Below, in pieces: positions 48,901-56,200 of a stretch of DNA of 64,000 nucleotides (within the stretch, counting starts at the first letter, position 1; the number at the start of each line of letters is the position of its first letter). The stretch comes from a virus: IMG/VR virus record IMGVR_UViG_3300037851_000950, positions 1-64,000 of that record, one strand, 5' to 3'. A model generated the notes under the pieces. That model ran no database searches and had not been told where the DNA came from. It saw nothing but the letters and a program-made list of their open reading frames with translations. The translations under genes were made by a program, and so were the position numbers.

Positions 48901-51900
48901 CTTTGAGATTACTCCTCAGATGAGTCTGCAAGGAGATCGCTTCATCATGGCGCTCGACAGAACAATGAAGAGTGCAATTCCTTTCGGTACAACTCGCGGC
49001 AGAGTAGAACCGATTGCGCTCCCTGGAGGCGGTTCAGCGGCTAATCTTTTTGAGCTGGAGACCTGGGCCCGGGCCAACAATATCACCGAAGAACAGGTGA
49101 TGGACATCATGGTTCAAAACGGAGTTCAGGACGATTATATTCAGGAAGTGATCTTTGACTCCAGTGTAAAAACAGGAGCTTCGAATATCAACTGGTTCAA
49201 TTCTCCCGAAGAGTTTATCCAGGCGGCAAGTCAGCCAGGATTTGCGCCGGTCTACCTGGAACGTGGAAACAGTGAACGAGGATTAATTCTTGATGCCAAC
49301 AAGGAATCCGACGGCGCAGATGGTACGCTCTCGACTCAAAACGTGGGTGCCTATCTTCAACACGAGTCTACAAGAGCCGAAGGCCTTGAGATTATCAACG
49401 CGATTAACGTCATTGGTAATCTGGAACGTAAGCGCGTTAAGACCGATCAGGTACAAGACGTTGTTGAGCCCCTGCTGAACAAAATCAAGGAGCAGGAAAG
49501 TGCGAATTACATATCCAGTATTGTTGCCAAAGGGGGAGTTCTTCCTATTGACAACATACAGATTCTTCGCAAAGCGTTTAGCGCGTTTGCTTCTTCTCTT
49601 TCTGACTCTACGGTCGGTCTGAAGATGGCAGGTGGCCAGCAGGTCCTTGCCCCCGCAACAGGTATCTTTCGTGCAATAGATGTCAATGGTCGTGGAATTC
49701 TTGCCGGTGCTGCTGAAAATCAAGCAGGAACTTCTCGCGAACTTCACGGATTCGACGCTTTTAAAGATGGTAAGTCCGTTTTGGATACTCCTATCTGGAA
49801 AGCCCTCAAAGAAGCACACGATGCAAAGAGGTATGATGAGTCTGCAGTTTTGCGTCAACAGCTTTACCAAGAGTTGAGTAATGGGTGGGTGTTACAGCAG
49901 GCAGAGTGTGTAGTTTCCCCGATTCATTTCTCCAAATTCAATATTCCGAAAGGAGCGCAGATTCCAGATGTAACCCCGGACTCTTTGGCCGAGTGGAACT
50001 TGAGAGCTCGTTTTCGCAAGAGCTGGATTAAGGAAGAAGGAGATATTGCTCTGTGGGAACAACTCGTCGAAGAGCGTAAAGCCATTCGTAACAATACGGC
50101 TCTCGATCCTCAACAGCAGGCGGTTATGCTCAATGAAGTCGAACAAAAGTTTGATCTCATTAAGACTAAGTACATTACCAGCATGAAGGTTCAGGATGCA
50201 GAAAAGTACGTAAAGATGTACGATTCTTTCCTGAAGACACTTGACATATTGCTCGGACGTATCCCGGGAACGACAATTCATTCAATTTTGCCGATGACAG
50301 CGGTTGGGTTTGCATGGGATGCGGACAATCGGGTTCATGTTCACCCCGATGTTTTGATCTACCAGGGTGCCGACCAGGATATTGATAAGGGTAATATTCT
50401 CGCGTTTGATCCCGACCAAGAGGGTCTCATTGAAATTCCTTCAACTGTCGAAGACGCTGGTCGCTCAGTGCCGGCGCTGAAGAATCTAATCGTACAGAAA
50501 ATGTGGGACGCTTCCATGAAACCAGGAGCCGCCATCATTTCTACGATGCCGACAGCTACTCAGCTTCTCGACGAAAAACTTGCGGAGTTTGAAGGAGAGA
50601 CCAATGAGTATCAGTCTGAAGACAGTCCTGTTTCTGTTGCTCAGAAATATGCTGAAGGTCAGCTTGCAAAGAACGCCGTGGCCACGTTGGCTCTTGGTTT
50701 GAAAACCTACAACGGACTTGTCTATTCGTCAAGCAAAACCGGCAAAAGCTATGATGCCTGGACACCCAAGAGCCCGGCTCTTTACAGGGGTGGAAATCCC
50801 ATGGCTCTTGTCGATAACATCAACTCGCTGCAATTCTTTGACGAATTCATTCAAGCAGCCCTCGATAACGCCAAAGATCCCAAACTCGCAAAGGCGGCGA
50901 TGAATCCCGACAATGCCCAAGTTATCAACACGCTGGGGCTTTATGGGTATACTCCTTCGCAAGTAGTTGACTTCATTCGCCATCCGCTTGTGCGAGAGGT
51001 TTTCATCAAATATGCCGAGCAAAAAGAACTCAAGTATGTTCAGGATTTTGTAGCTCCTCTCGAATTCCTCAAAAATTTCGCAGAGACAAATCCGGCACCT
51101 GAACTTGAAGATCTTGGATTTTTGATGAGGATTGGAAGGCAGTTCTCCGCAGTAGGTACGATTTTCTCTCTCAACAAAGAGGTCGCCAATAACTTTTTCG
51201 AAGCCTACAAGATTCGTCGTGCATTCAATGATTTGACCGGAGGAAAGGAGTTCAACTTCGAAAAGTTTGCAGATATCATTAACGATCCTGCAGAACGCAA
51301 AAAGATGAGCGACAACTGGAATGCCCGGTTTGGCGGAAGTAAAGAGCGAGTGAATATCATGGAAGTCCTTGAGGATAACCAACACATGCTTTCTTACTTT
51401 GCTTCTTTTGTACTGGCTCACAAGACTTTCCGCGATAAGTCAAAGATGTATGATTACCTCTTCAGACTTGTGGATACTGTAAGCTGGGAAAGGATTACTG
51501 ACGAAGCGAAGTTCAATTCTGTTCTTGACTTCATCTACGGAATGGCTGTCGATAGTTATCTGCGCGACAGGCAAGTCACCATTACTCTTGATGGAAAAGT
51601 GTATGATCTCGGAGTAGTAGGAGATACTGAAGAAAACTACGGTCGCGTGTCGTTCATGAGAGATGTGCCGTATTACTTTACTCCGGAGTCTGGGTCGATT
51701 CGTCCAAAAACAGCAGGATCTGTTCTGGAGTACCTTACCCAAATGAGTACGGAAGACGGCACGATTATTAAGCCTTGGGGTAATCTCAGAGACTATCCTG
51801 ACGATCGCAAGGCAATGGCCATGCAGGCAATGACCCTTGCGGATCAGATGCTTGAATATCCTGCTGGAGACACCTCACCAAACAGGGTATTGTTTTACTA

Positions 51901-53200
51901 CTCCTTGATCAAAGACAAGGGAGCAATGTCAGGCACATCGTTTACCGAGATGTTCAATTACGACACTCGCGTAATGGGAGACTTCGACAACTATGTTCAC
52001 AATTCTTTTGCACCCACTTACTTCGTATCTCCTGATTCCACTCACATTCAGGACTTGGAATTGATTTTGAAGATGTCAAGCAGATTTTCCTGGCAGATGA
52101 GCCTTGAAGAGCTTGAGCTTCTCAAAAGCAAAGAGATGAGGAAGAAGCAAGAGGCAATGCAACGCAATCGTATTTCAATTCCTTACAGCTCCAACTCGGC
52201 TCTTAACGGATTGATCACCGCTGACTCCTTTAAGGGAAGGGTTGTAGAAAGCAGAAATATAGTTGTTCTCCCAGTAATCGTTGAGTTTACAAAAGGTAAA
52301 TGGGTAGATCCTCAGACTGGAAAAGAGGTTGATCCTGACAAGCTTCCTACCGCTCAAAACTCAATTGGCGAAACTATGGTTTGGAGCAAGAAGCAAAACA
52401 GCTATGTTATCAAATCAGAAAAAGACCGCGAAGATGAAGAGGGCGAACGTACATTCTCTTCGGAAGAAACCGGATATGATGACAATCTGATTTACAAAGC
52501 TCATCGCAATCGAATCAGTCACGGCATGCTTACCAAGTTTGCCGAAATGCTCGGTCAGAGATTCGGAGTTCCTGTTCAGGTAATGACTACGGCTCAGATG
52601 ATTGACAATTACGGCCCTTCTCGCGCAAAGGCCAAGGGATTGATGATTGAGTCCAGCGGTACAGTGATTATTAACTCTGACAAGGTTACTATCGATACTC
52701 CAATTCACGAAATCAGTCACGTCTTCATGCTCGCACTGCAGCGGGAGAAGCCCGAATTATTCCGTAAGATTATCGACGAAGCTCTTGCTCACGATTATGC
52801 CAAAACAATACGTGCAAAGTATCCCGAAGAAACCGATGAGTATATCGGCATGGAAGTCTTCGCAACCCTTGCCGGCATGCAATCGGCAAACAAGGTCGTG
52901 GATTTCTACAACAGGAACTGGTTTACCAGGATGAAAGATACCTTGCGGGAATTCTTTAACTGGCTTGCAGAAAAGTTGAATTTTTCCCCTATTTTTGACA
53001 GGGCACTCTCTGTCAACGACAGTTTAATGAGTCTTATCGACAAAGTCGGTGAGTCAGCAGTTTCGGCACTTAGGCTTACATCTAACGAAATGACCACACT
53101 TGACATGCTTGGTATCCGTCTCGTGCCCGCAAATCAGAGACTTATGGCTATTCGGAACCGCCTCCGGGCCGAAAAACGTGTTGAAAAAATCTGCGATTGA
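39938..53200 (+). CDS. Giant virion RNA polymerase polyprotein (SF1 helicase-like + double-psi-barrel RNAP + HExxH zincin-like domain)
   Basis: GRIP and GADQDIDK catalytic region (50372-50386), DMAKR, DGxxFxNP; PQGEGKT / IDEVQ / GDSAQ; TPIHEISH. Confidence 0.85.
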   Translation: MEPINNSKESPTTLPTPTTPVTGKATPALGQKFDWFLDDLDGKNANPADLYHSGIRPEHLAMHDAEKYWSRPEIQQKFKAQFGEKAKEQFENVYKLSKDRLQAFRQDAYDIDATSTPVFDFRTPAAERLAAAGKGSFSKASPVRKEAPAGGIDPWGRQLLGINRNTRVMSLGPPQHGWRETPNIKVKTPDGRYVTVEEYKKIDPDATFVHAVNEDGSPMVGEDAQNYLRPLAWGEEKRTYEQYWTGDSWNVFGSTGIGTPEWYAAKWLPKNVMNFSADTIDAMAETFKLADNFFQTGVQSDWDKAMTNIQNVTMSKMWGSTSEYGMSDWKTAEGLGDGFAQVGMQLLGMMGVIKGVTGLSRVAKLGAGTRAGSRAALLWMSAIASDDFAKEGREIGLTPKEQATAWGAYMFGMYYLEKLSELVVDPITSGFQVKQAVKKMLIPSLAAAKATSPTKTLALPGIIQAVKSTRAWLDDGLREMMTSPSKLVKYTAAGATEATEEGLQLVWDKGFKTGYNEIYGDYIGSPEYDQLTNRNKDARFKPNWDTFSTELAANLTMGFAGGVFFKFSQSMFERNTPTDRREVLALGAIEGGFEKANRYLDDLWSRDKILPGQKYTDAFGKALEKGKEMSSRSGMAYQAMKAELRMAEQLWNSKNLAMAKPVMADRISYLNEETVARYTSFKKDVTSKLEELDKIQGEMLDNKLSDVQIKAAEARAQVLEKELKDMAEGKYANRYLHEAIFRVDPLVRSRYTEDANSNLDFEQFAKLNAYMTARVTNAAELQGKTPKELLKHILENRTLGYSVEQAKEAVTALDEEYGVISEEMPDGTIKKKLPEGDLGKQYAQKKALIDSMILGPEWTDEQAKVHRILSIDPLDDFYASFTPDGSAGVAFKRQIEVLEKEAMSSMATGTKVFDDTTSISAIASQVIKRIQQAEAMANTNRETNELLSKNGISEKHQTIDLPKKEQIIRQLSEMLGRLQTLYEVALANKGNFYKASQEAADRQRMYTSTMMTSLINAGIREPSYKLFFETLAPDAAALTADTNSDNAFVRLSNLQKKLHDYFQSDAKAAITRFMMMMEEGRISEDEYGYIKAIISQDPKNFYSAYQDVLKGMTADNRTPFPAQLRNSYRIAAHLSGNDNAWEFYNSKRREDGAYPYVVNLNESFFLDLPQGEGKTFIAAVGVAASQKLYGGEAVLFAKRDWVVKKNIAEFERVGAKVKPSPGFNGSFEAIMKFVENKSMMENVRTIVIDEVQQYRKDQIAELDKFIGLFNQQQDPRNRVRLLFLGDSAQYGPMHPDPKHFNLQYHIGDNPGRSIVERGESTGFNFRSGNTDINTVLSHLRSMWLQNMVRNFPEIVVKYNLKNRNGVMMTDDMVGSLKNIVGALGPNSPDYVVIAPPERHSLYTAAGVPSSQIMDVEQAGGGSWKVVFIDQDFDLNKPGGARSNEISKALTAVGRAAEFAVIANKPSYAIRSVEGESIGKENQFSTEEMTRMRTKELTSLENASLPVNPTIDPVINREYTSVTLETVVKTEYADVNTDINEQINKMVASTIGKLPNYALTHTYYNYASSKSADGTVKQLSELEGKKLKKQFFNGPTMPFEADRVSYELRIQRNQFPTQSVYTVAEQEDPAIRHHERMVLYAKFSKGGVEMGELSVGELSVKDLKIPGDPNAVFAIPLKTDETFTALLRSNYAEAASGPNFRNPWKALQKEREQGVNRTKLEKNLDDFIAENPDINFSTKVWHRTTAPVEGAGKAEATPYIFISAKYSPEEMDEILRVEQSSQYEKRPYGTKLRISDQQLDTWQQMGIYGIPIEGGIEYPFTTFLEKMAGDAALPKADRTFYVTYNQERRLRDWLIKTLSPKNPEFDFETKDEFIKSKLFSSNSREDQIRRYLATKVAHSIYPRGMREVTEPTEEKGSWVSRKENKGAFGIKDDTKDYQLYATDLMLSLYEDSIKKDVGEGKDGRMSDVALAKEVLNEISRKLFPDGWWMHSSIIEGSTVERKAPFGASAISRGDYTITNLLNVPRPVMQIPIDAINNALNGSVPSEVNITVEQRPAVKEETKQADIIDADKDPDTGLPIGEYVRKFEGAPDTIEGIQARWFGKGSDFYYLHEFTTYFRNQVYNSVFNLQSETPHIATEESLNDSLSALRRSISQRIKSFQDAGINQSQYAVRGLLRNSRESYYAYVMHYEFDALLKNYVQSIRKDPAGRYRFVSDKFSFNQMSDSGHEVSHIGTGSKMVALHIYNTPFIEVAFGKDKDGNIIKEYVSSRTLNQGDYVRLIRDMQDNDITSREKALAYFSLNGSEPQNDLDRIKRSIYLRFLAPADRLVKVNGATYHSMETAPRNEREMQIAADTVTALISFLASGNVVDYVKVYLHADNQTNTSGRFTGNKMQADFFRADMEASIKGALEMNLEKRVVNSKTPPLAYFSRHDQVATFKFNNGPGNEETLRVRFKNNAYEITVGDTKERPLDPAVIGNFFRHVGLGAIDGKMYDKIVQAPGFGASMYEIAKFFKKEDPSKEIFEGASLFAWEEFSKAIGTVRDIQASQTYNLLGKPGNPVNLVSLSNPVDRTNQKIKEYQTSPVQGPLNVLDIVKGDLGVEGVLLLEGLIVQGTRRSKSVSELTPREFFKFMFRDLYLSSLAKQLKPQHKVNIPFVTRAYADKGMAPAPIFSNNEWLPRHNDVVDIAFLRNRAVKSKHRYYVALGQAALQSWKDAFAATGILKNVPISSAASPEELIAALQRINEIIPTFDDAQVKVLMKTGLVKELHYRLKANADGTLSMLPMKQSFLDKIDLQKLDKRMAANLANFTTEYYKMNVKSDELKQYLDRIGIDEDSAIKSFFWNQAWVAHNFNSLHAGAIEQYGTRDEYSDMAKRASGQSTHRYRFVERDKNWVPDGAPRNVIEGRKLGQTSKTMIMNDFAVTRPSISYMGNKVSTVKVYDGLAFHNPYARLQMQASYGGNFGFQVGKNLKPISSFMRPIVGSSRLDKYASFEITPQMSLQGDRFIMALDRTMKSAIPFGTTRGRVEPIALPGGGSAANLFELETWARANNITEEQVMDIMVQNGVQDDYIQEVIFDSSVKTGASNINWFNSPEEFIQAASQPGFAPVYLERGNSERGLILDANKESDGADGTLSTQNVGAYLQHESTRAEGLEIINAINVIGNLERKRVKTDQVQDVVEPLLNKIKEQESANYISSIVAKGGVLPIDNIQILRKAFSAFASSLSDSTVGLKMAGGQQVLAPATGIFRAIDVNGRGILAGAAENQAGTSRELHGFDAFKDGKSVLDTPIWKALKEAHDAKRYDESAVLRQQLYQELSNGWVLQQAECVVSPIHFSKFNIPKGAQIPDVTPDSLAEWNLRARFRKSWIKEEGDIALWEQLVEERKAIRNNTALDPQQQAVMLNEVEQKFDLIKTKYITSMKVQDAEKYVKMYDSFLKTLDILLGRIPGTTIHSILPMTAVGFAWDADNRVHVHPDVLIYQGADQDIDKGNILAFDPDQEGLIEIPSTVEDAGRSVPALKNLIVQKMWDASMKPGAAIISTMPTATQLLDEKLAEFEGETNEYQSEDSPVSVAQKYAEGQLAKNAVATLALGLKTYNGLVYSSSKTGKSYDAWTPKSPALYRGGNPMALVDNINSLQFFDEFIQAALDNAKDPKLAKAAMNPDNAQVINTLGLYGYTPSQVVDFIRHPLVREVFIKYAEQKELKYVQDFVAPLEFLKNFAETNPAPELEDLGFLMRIGRQFSAVGTIFSLNKEVANNFFEAYKIRRAFNDLTGGKEFNFEKFADIINDPAERKKMSDNWNARFGGSKERVNIMEVLEDNQHMLSYFASFVLAHKTFRDKSKMYDYLFRLVDTVSWERITDEAKFNSVLDFIYGMAVDSYLRDRQVTITLDGKVYDLGVVGDTEENYGRVSFMRDVPYYFTPESGSIRPKTAGSVLEYLTQMSTEDGTIIKPWGNLRDYPDDRKAMAMQAMTLADQMLEYPAGDTSPNRVLFYYSLIKDKGAMSGTSFTEMFNYDTRVMGDFDNYVHNSFAPTYFVSPDSTHIQDLELILKMSSRFSWQMSLEELELLKSKEMRKKQEAMQRNRISIPYSSNSALNGLITADSFKGRVVESRNIVVLPVIVEFTKGKWVDPQTGKEVDPDKLPTAQNSIGETMVWSKKQNSYVIKSEKDREDEEGERTFSSEETGYDDNLIYKAHRNRISHGMLTKFAEMLGQRFGVPVQVMTTAQMIDNYGPSRAKAKGLMIESSGTVIINSDKVTIDTPIHEISHVFMLALQREKPELFRKIIDEALAHDYAKTIRAKYPEETDEYIGMEVFATLAGMQSANKVVDFYNRNWFTRMKDTLREFFNWLAEKLNFSPIFDRALSVNDSLMSLIDKVGESAVSALRLTSNEMTTLDMLGIRLVPANQRLMAIRNRLRAEKRVEKICD

Positions 53201-56200
53201 TGGCCTGCATTGAGAAATACAAAGCTCCGAATGGCGAATTCTCCCACCTTCATGCTCAGTTGGTAGACCAGCTTGGAAGCTGGCGAGGAGATCATGCCTA
53301 TCTGGAGATCCACGACGAGGCGTTCAAAACCTGGTTTGGAGACTGGGAATCTGAATATGGTCTGCGCAACAGGGGTAACAAAAATGCAGGCACTTTCAAT
53401 CGGTCAGAGGGTCCCGGGGAGCCTGTGCCATACCCTTCTCTGGATGAGAACTGGGAACCCAAGATCTTCTGGCACGGAACCAATACCGACAAGATCAAAA
53501 GCTTTAACCAGGAGGAAAACAACTTCACTACTGACCGCGAATCTGCCGAAGACTATGCCCGGGAAATGGCATTGCTCAAAGGAGGATCTCCCAAAGTGTA
53601 TCCTGTTTACTTGAGAATTCGTCAAAGAGACTTGCGTGCAGGCCATATCAAAATCAATGGTGATCGGGTTATTGTTACCGCTGACGCACGCGACAGTATC
53701 AAGTCGATTGAGAATGACGGCAACTATTCCAAATGGGGTAAGATATTCGAGTCTTCGATAAAAGAGGAACAGCCAGAAATGGATCCCAAAAAGCTTCGGC
53801 TTAAGCTGATTGATTCTGCTGCTTTGATCCAAGCACCTACGGGCGAGAACGCTAACTTTTACGGATATCAGGGCAAGTCCCTGGATCGTACCTCAACAAA
53901 AGTTGACAAGTATGTACGTTATCGAGGTGATGAAAGCGGTAAGGCTTATTCCGATGTGGGCACTAAGTACCACAAAATCATGGAGCTCTTGGTCAATGGC
54001 GCTTCTCCCGAACACATCGGAGACCTTAGTAACGAACTGGTCAGAGCTGGCTTTCCACCAATCGATGATAAAATTGAAGGAGCCTTTATCCGAGAAATGT
54101 GGTACGAGATTCAAGAACTGCGGAAGACAGGAGAGCTAATTGCTGAATTTCGTGCGGCCCGTATTGACAAGGGTTATGCTGGTACGATTGACTTGCTTTA
54201 CATTGACAAGAAGACAGGCAAAGCAAGGATATACGATCTGAAGACAGCCCACGAAACTCCGTGGAAAAAGAATCCCCCTGAAGGTACGAACATGACCAAA
54301 GATGTTTGGTCGATTTCTGACTTCAACTACTATAAGGCAGAGCGATACGCGCTTCAAACCGCCTACTACGAGGATTTGATTTCTGCCGGAGATACCGTAA
54401 CCGATCGTCCTCCTCTCCAGGTCGAGGGTATATTCGTTATGCCCACAGAAGTCAAATACGACGACCAGGGTAACGTGGCGTTGGTTCGCCTTCTGCCCAC
54501 TGAGAACGTCAAACAGTGGTCTCGCGGAAGCGGAAGATCTTTCTATTCAAACGCGGTTCGCCAAGTTAAGAATGATCTGGAAAATCAAGAGATTGCCGAA
54601 GGCTTCAAAGGACGTCCGACCGGGCTTGGTGATTCTGGTAACTTTCTACGCCAGGCGTTGGGAGCACACATCGATTCTACCGAAGCGCTTGATGCACGCG
54701 CAACCAATTTTGTAGAGCGCAACAGTGATGAGAAAACATTCACTCTGATGGATGAAAAACCTGTTGCTTGGAGAAGTGACAACAAGCAGGACAGAATTGC
54801 CCAGGTAAAGGAGCTGTTTATTCGCATGGACCAGAATCACGCCGGTAATATGACTTCCGGTGTAGAGACGTTTTTCGGCGGAGAATTCAGAAATCCGAAA
54901 GCAAGTAGTGCCGGATCGATGTTTACTCTCAAGCACAACACTGTTACTAAGGAAGGGGCGATTACGGTTACTTATGCTCGTTCTTATCGCCTTCACAGTA
55001 TTCTGAACTACTCCAATGCCAAGAACGTAATCAAGCTGTCGACCATTAAAGGGTTCGAACAGTACTCCGACGTAATGCTCGTTCATCGTGGAGATGGTGC
55101 CTACGATCTGCTTACCTTTACCAACATCCCTCACTACACAAGATTCGACGTCAAGAACAAAGACAAGAATTTTACCCGCAAGCTTCGTGTCGATGGGGAC
55201 AGTATTTATGGAAACCACTTCTCACCCTATACTTCGGAGAATCTCGGAGTAACTCTCCAGAACAACTTCGGAGATTTTACCCGCATGCGCTTGGGGCTCA
55301 TCGCTCTTGAACTTCAGAAAGAGAATCCTTCGATGAACGTCAACTCTATTATTGTTGATTACATCGCAGATAAGAGTCTTACCAGTCCTCACGGGATACT
55401 GCTCGACCAGTTAACCCCACAGATCAGTCATCTCAACAATATTGAGGCAATAAAGCCGATTATGCCGGAACGTATCCGGGAAGTTATTGGAACTGCTCGC
55501 AAGAGCAATCTTGCTGCAGGGGATGCACTGGCCGAGCTTAATACTTTCCTTCAAGCCGAATTGAGCGAGCCTTTTGCGGATAAGCTTTCCAAGCAAATTG
55601 ATCGGTTCTCACGCAATGAAATTACCCGGGATGAGCTCGCCAATGAGCTCATGAACGGAGTAAACGGCATGCGTCATTATCTGCGCCAGAAGAATCTCAA
55701 GAGTGCGGACGTAGATCAAATGAAGAATTTGCTTTCCTCTGATCCGTATTTCATGGCCCTTGCCAGGGCATGGGTAGTTTTGAAGGGAATGGGATTTGAC
55801 CCCGAAAAGGATGTGAGCGATCAGTTTCTTGGGCAGATTACTTACTGGATCAAATCTCCAACCGCAACCGGCCGCAAGACACTCGATAAGTTTTTTGATC
55901 TTTTCCGACAGCATGTCGACAACATCAAGCAGGAGATGCAAAAATTCCTGCATGTCAAAGAACCTGTTTTCAGAGATCTGGTTAACGAAGATCCTCTGGT
56001 CAAACGAGGTATTCCTGTTGTAGATTCTCACGCCGGAGGTTCAGATGCGATCCTGGCGATGACTCGTTCTGTAATGGAACCGCTCATTATGACTCGCCTG
56101 GACAAGAAAGGGAATAAATACAAAGTGCCGTGGTTGTGGGCGGAAGACAGTCCTGAGTTCAAACGACTTACGGTTGCTCAACGTGCGGCAATCAAATTCT

